Source: Octopus sinensis
Lineage: Eukaryota
Reading direction: 5' to 3'
NCBI RefSeq assembly: GCF_006345805.1
Contig: NC_043001.1
Location: 50,220,001-50,284,000, forward strand
DNA length: 64,000 nt
This document shows, in pieces, positions 60,601-64,000 of the stretch (positions are counted from its first letter, which is position 1; every line of letters starts with the position of its first letter). The notes under the pieces are model-generated. The model was not told where the DNA came from. It ran no database searches and saw only the letters and a program-made list of their open reading frames with translations. The position numbers and the translations under genes are program-made.

Positions 60601-63407
60601 CTGTCATGCAGATGGTAACAGCACCTCTTTTATCAGTCATCCTTATTATTTCTCTCACATCACTAAACACATATGCAAAAGAACACAGAAATAATTGTAC
60701 AACTGAAATTTCTCCCACTGTCATTAAAAATTTAACTCGTCTAGTAAGATCAGGCAAACAAGTTTTCAATTTTGAAGTCCATATAATTGATAAAAAAATT
60801 GATGGCCTTCTCAATCCTGTGCCACTAGATTATTTTGCAAATGCGAGACGTTTCACATGGATTCCAGATAAACCAGATGGTTTAGTAATGTATAAAAATG
60901 TCCTCTTTGACTTTTCAATTCGCTCATTTAATATATTAGACGCTTACATTGCTACTCCAAGTATTGATATCGATATGAATTGTGGAAAACAAAATGTTCA
61001 GCGATACGATGTAATATATTCGATTTTCGAGGAATTAAAGAGAATCGTATTTATCAATGAATCGCAGATGGGAGAATCTGGATATATGTGTTTCTTTATA
61101 AATTTGTCGCACGACATGCAGAAGAACAGTCCTTATACGTTATTAGCGTACAGAATATTGGGTATTTATCGTGAGATACTGAAGAATTATTGTTGTGAAC
61201 TACATAAAAATGATAATACTACTTATGAACCAAAATCCATTTGTTCTGGAAATACCATTGAAAACAGTATGTTTGTCAATTGTGCAAATGTTGTTGGAGC
61301 AGTTCTGTTGGCCATATTTCCATTGTATATCAGGTTTATATCAAAAGCTAAATTACCTCCGTATTCCTGCAACCAGCCACAATCAGGTAACGCGGAGGTG
61401 CATTTGGATATTCTACCCTCATCACCAAATTCAAATGAACCTAACCAGCAACAATCAACTAACGAGGAAGTGCATTTGGAAACTCTACCCTCATCACCAA
61501 TTCCCTAGAACCTAACCATCACAATCAACTAACGAGGAAGTGCATTTGGAATTCTACCCTCATCACCAAATTCCTAGAACCTAACCATCAACAATCAACT
61601 AACGAGGAAGTGCATTTGGAATTCTACCCTCATCACCAAATTCCCTAGAACCTAACCATCAACAATCAACTAACGAGGAAGTGCATTTGGAATTCTACCC
61701 TCATCACCAAATTCCCTAGAACCTAACCATCAACAATCAACTAACGAGGAAGTGCATTTGGAAATTCTACCCTCATCACCAAATTCCCTAGAACCTAACC
61801 ATCAACAATCAGGTAACGAGGAAGTGCATTTGGAAACTCTACTCTCATCACCAAATTCAAATGAACCTAACCAGCAACCATCAACTAACGAGGAACTGAA
61901 TTCTCGAAATGAAGACACATCGCCGAATTCCCTAGAACCTAACCAGCAACAGTCAACTAACGAGAGATTAAATTCTCAAAATGAAGACACATCGCCAAAC
62001 TCCCTAGAACCTAACCAGCAACAATTACCTAACAATGAATATCTATGTAAATACGCATTGCCAGACAAATCAGAATGGATTAGTATACAACATAATATTT
62101 ACAGTTTCTCTCATTTTTTATATTGGTTGTTTTGTTTTCATTATTCGACTTTGTGTGTTTCGAGACTAAGAAGAGGTATTCTTATTTTGCTTTCTCTCTC
62201 AGTAATTCTTCTAGATCTTTTAATGTATTACTTATATTTATATGAAACGGTGACAATATTTTTACATGATCGCATTCCATTGGGTTATCGCTCGTTCATT
62301 CTAGGAATCCAGAAAAGCTATGAACTTTCAGATTGTTCTGTTTGGGGTCACTTTTTGGGGATAATCAGCTACATAATTGTTAACTTTATCCTGTTTGTTC
62401 TTCCCAGTCATGTAAGTGAGATTATCGCTGAAAGTATGATAGATACAAAACTCAAAGAAGATTCTTTTTCTACACTTCAGGGTTTTGATCGACTCCTTGC
62501 AATAATTAAAGTTAAAGTTTTTATTGCTGCCGACCCATATTTCTGGAAATCTATATTTGTTAAGTGGATTACGCGTATACATAAAATGTGGACTATTTTC
62601 TACAAGAGTAATATTTTTATAAAAATTATATTATGTTTGCTTCCTATTTTGGCTACAATTTTATTTGTTGTATTTTTTATCTGTGAATTACTTCTCCGCC
62701 TCGTTTATTACGGAATCCCATTCATATATTTGATTCTAACTTTACCATTAAGTTATTTCAAAAAATATATTTTACCTCTAATGAAGAAAAATATATATCC
62801 TTCCAAGTGTCCTGATAAAATTTTATCATTGCCGTCATTGCCGTTTTTTATATTATGGGCATTTGCTTCAAGCTATGTATTTCTTATGAGTTTTCAAATC
62901 ATTTGCACTTATGTATTTTCAATAGCTATTGCAATGCTTGCTAAACCTGATATTGTCGGTGGTATATGGTTTGTTGCCATGTTTTTCGTTCACGCTTTTA
63001 CAGTTATGAACGCTCTTCAGGAACATTATAAAGGGATACTAGTTCAATCAATAAAGTTTACCAAAATTATAAAACCAAATTTAGTTCAGTTAAAATATGA
63101 AGAGGAATACATTGATGCCAAATTGTTTGAAGCAATCGTTAACGAGTATTTTCCTTTAAGTTACGAGATTGGTAAAGCCATTATAAAATTAATTCTAATC
63201 GTATCTTTTTTCTTTGCTTGCAATAACATAATAAATCGAAAGGATTTGCATCTATCAGCATTCGCACGGATTGCTTTGATATTGATGACTTCATTGATGC
63301 CAAAAATATTGTCGAAAATGAATGCTAAATTTCATTTTGATACGTCTCTGTCACACAAAGTTATTCACACAATTTATGAACTTCCAAAAGGAAATGAATC
63401 CAATTGA
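60597..63407 (+). CDS. Uncharacterised multi-pass membrane protein, about 938 aa if six homopolymer deletions are corrected: signal peptide, Cys-containing glycosylated ectodomain, TM, 24-aa repeat loop, about 8-9 further TMs
   Basis: ORFs 60597..61508 and 61752..63407 are in the same frame; the disruption is confined to repeat units 2-5; the whole sequence is colinear with pseudogene A. Confidence 0.8.
61389..62030 (+). repeat. Coding tandem array of nine 72-bp units (NEEVHLEILPSSPNSLEPNHQQST)
   Basis: Unit starts at 61389, 61461, 61531, 61601, 61672, 61743, 61815, 61887, 61959; lengths 72,70,70,71,71,72,72,72,72. Confidence 0.95.
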
Positions 63408-63489
63408 ATTTACGAAACTATTAACATTTTTCCAAAAATATAATTATTCCAATATTCCAGAAATTATTCTATCGCTTTTAACTACTTTG

Positions 63490-64000
63490 TATAGTAATCT
63501 GGTGGATTTCACCTGATTTCTACATCCTTCGATTCTCTTAGCATCATCACCGTTCACACCTTCCTTACTACATTAATTTCGACTACTGACTCCAGTGGTA
63601 ATTGCATTGAGCCTCTTTTCGATAAAAAGCTGAGCTGTTCAATAACCGACGTACGCCGAACCACTTTCTAATGAATGCATTGCACTTTTTCTCAATGATT
63701 TGGACTCGTGATAGTGCCACCTCGTATATTAAAAGTGGCCACGAAAGTTGCGGATATAAGCCGAAATGTAAGCCCCTTAGCTTGCTTCCCTGGTAGCTTC
63801 GAACCAACTGTTAGTCCACTCCTGGCTTGTTTCATGATCTGCATCCCACGACTCCTATCTGACAATGTCCCAGCGTATATATGCCCCAAGCTCTTAAATG
63901 GTTCTTCTTAATCTCTTGGAATGCTTTCTCCAGCTATTCTAAATTTTACTTTTATCTTGCACTATTCTAATAAGTGTCAGACTACGCGACTCTTTTACTC
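63490..64000 (-). mobile_element. Hero-type RT fragment at the same position as in copies A and B
   Basis: ORF 63583..63807 ...FGLYPQLSWPLLIYEVALSRVQIIEKKCNAFIRKWFGV..LNSSAFYRK; GTLSDRSRGMQIMKQA. Confidence 0.8.

Noticed and set aside
61389-62030. CRISPR-like regular repeat array
   Set aside because: Units are contiguous with no unique spacers, encode an in-frame peptide, and lie in a eukaryotic gene.
60597-63407. Assignment as a cephalopod chemotactile (Cys-loop) receptor, gustatory receptor or GPCR
   Set aside because: No Cys-loop or four-TM layout, no GR TM7 motif, no GPCR motifs; the TM-loop-multi-TM topology does not fit.

Overview
AT-rich, microsatellite-dense animal DNA. The SINE, Penelope-like and 5S sequences point to an octopus genome (inference). 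Left half (1-32.4 kb) is a transposon graveyard: a 5S rDNA-like unit with two convergent, divergent 5S copies; tRNA-derived SINEs; Tc1/mariner remnants; Penelope GIY-YIG and hammerhead fragments; a split OTU-Rep-helicase Helitron; a head-to-tail pile of four R4/Dong-type LINEs separated by (TAA)n; and a nested hAT > Helitron > SINE stack. Right half holds a family of unrecognised, single-coding-exon membrane-protein genes: signal peptide, Cys-containing N-glycosylated ectodomain, one TM, a 24-aa tandem-repeat loop, then many TMs. The copy at 60597-63407 is probably intact; its six 1-nt deletions all fall in homopolymers inside the repeat array and restore the frame. A decayed paralog at about 35.8-38.0 kb appears twice because 32960-42918 and 43019-53033 are near-identical across a 100-N gap, most likely an unmerged contig or haplotype overlap. 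All calls are by eye; no searches were run.
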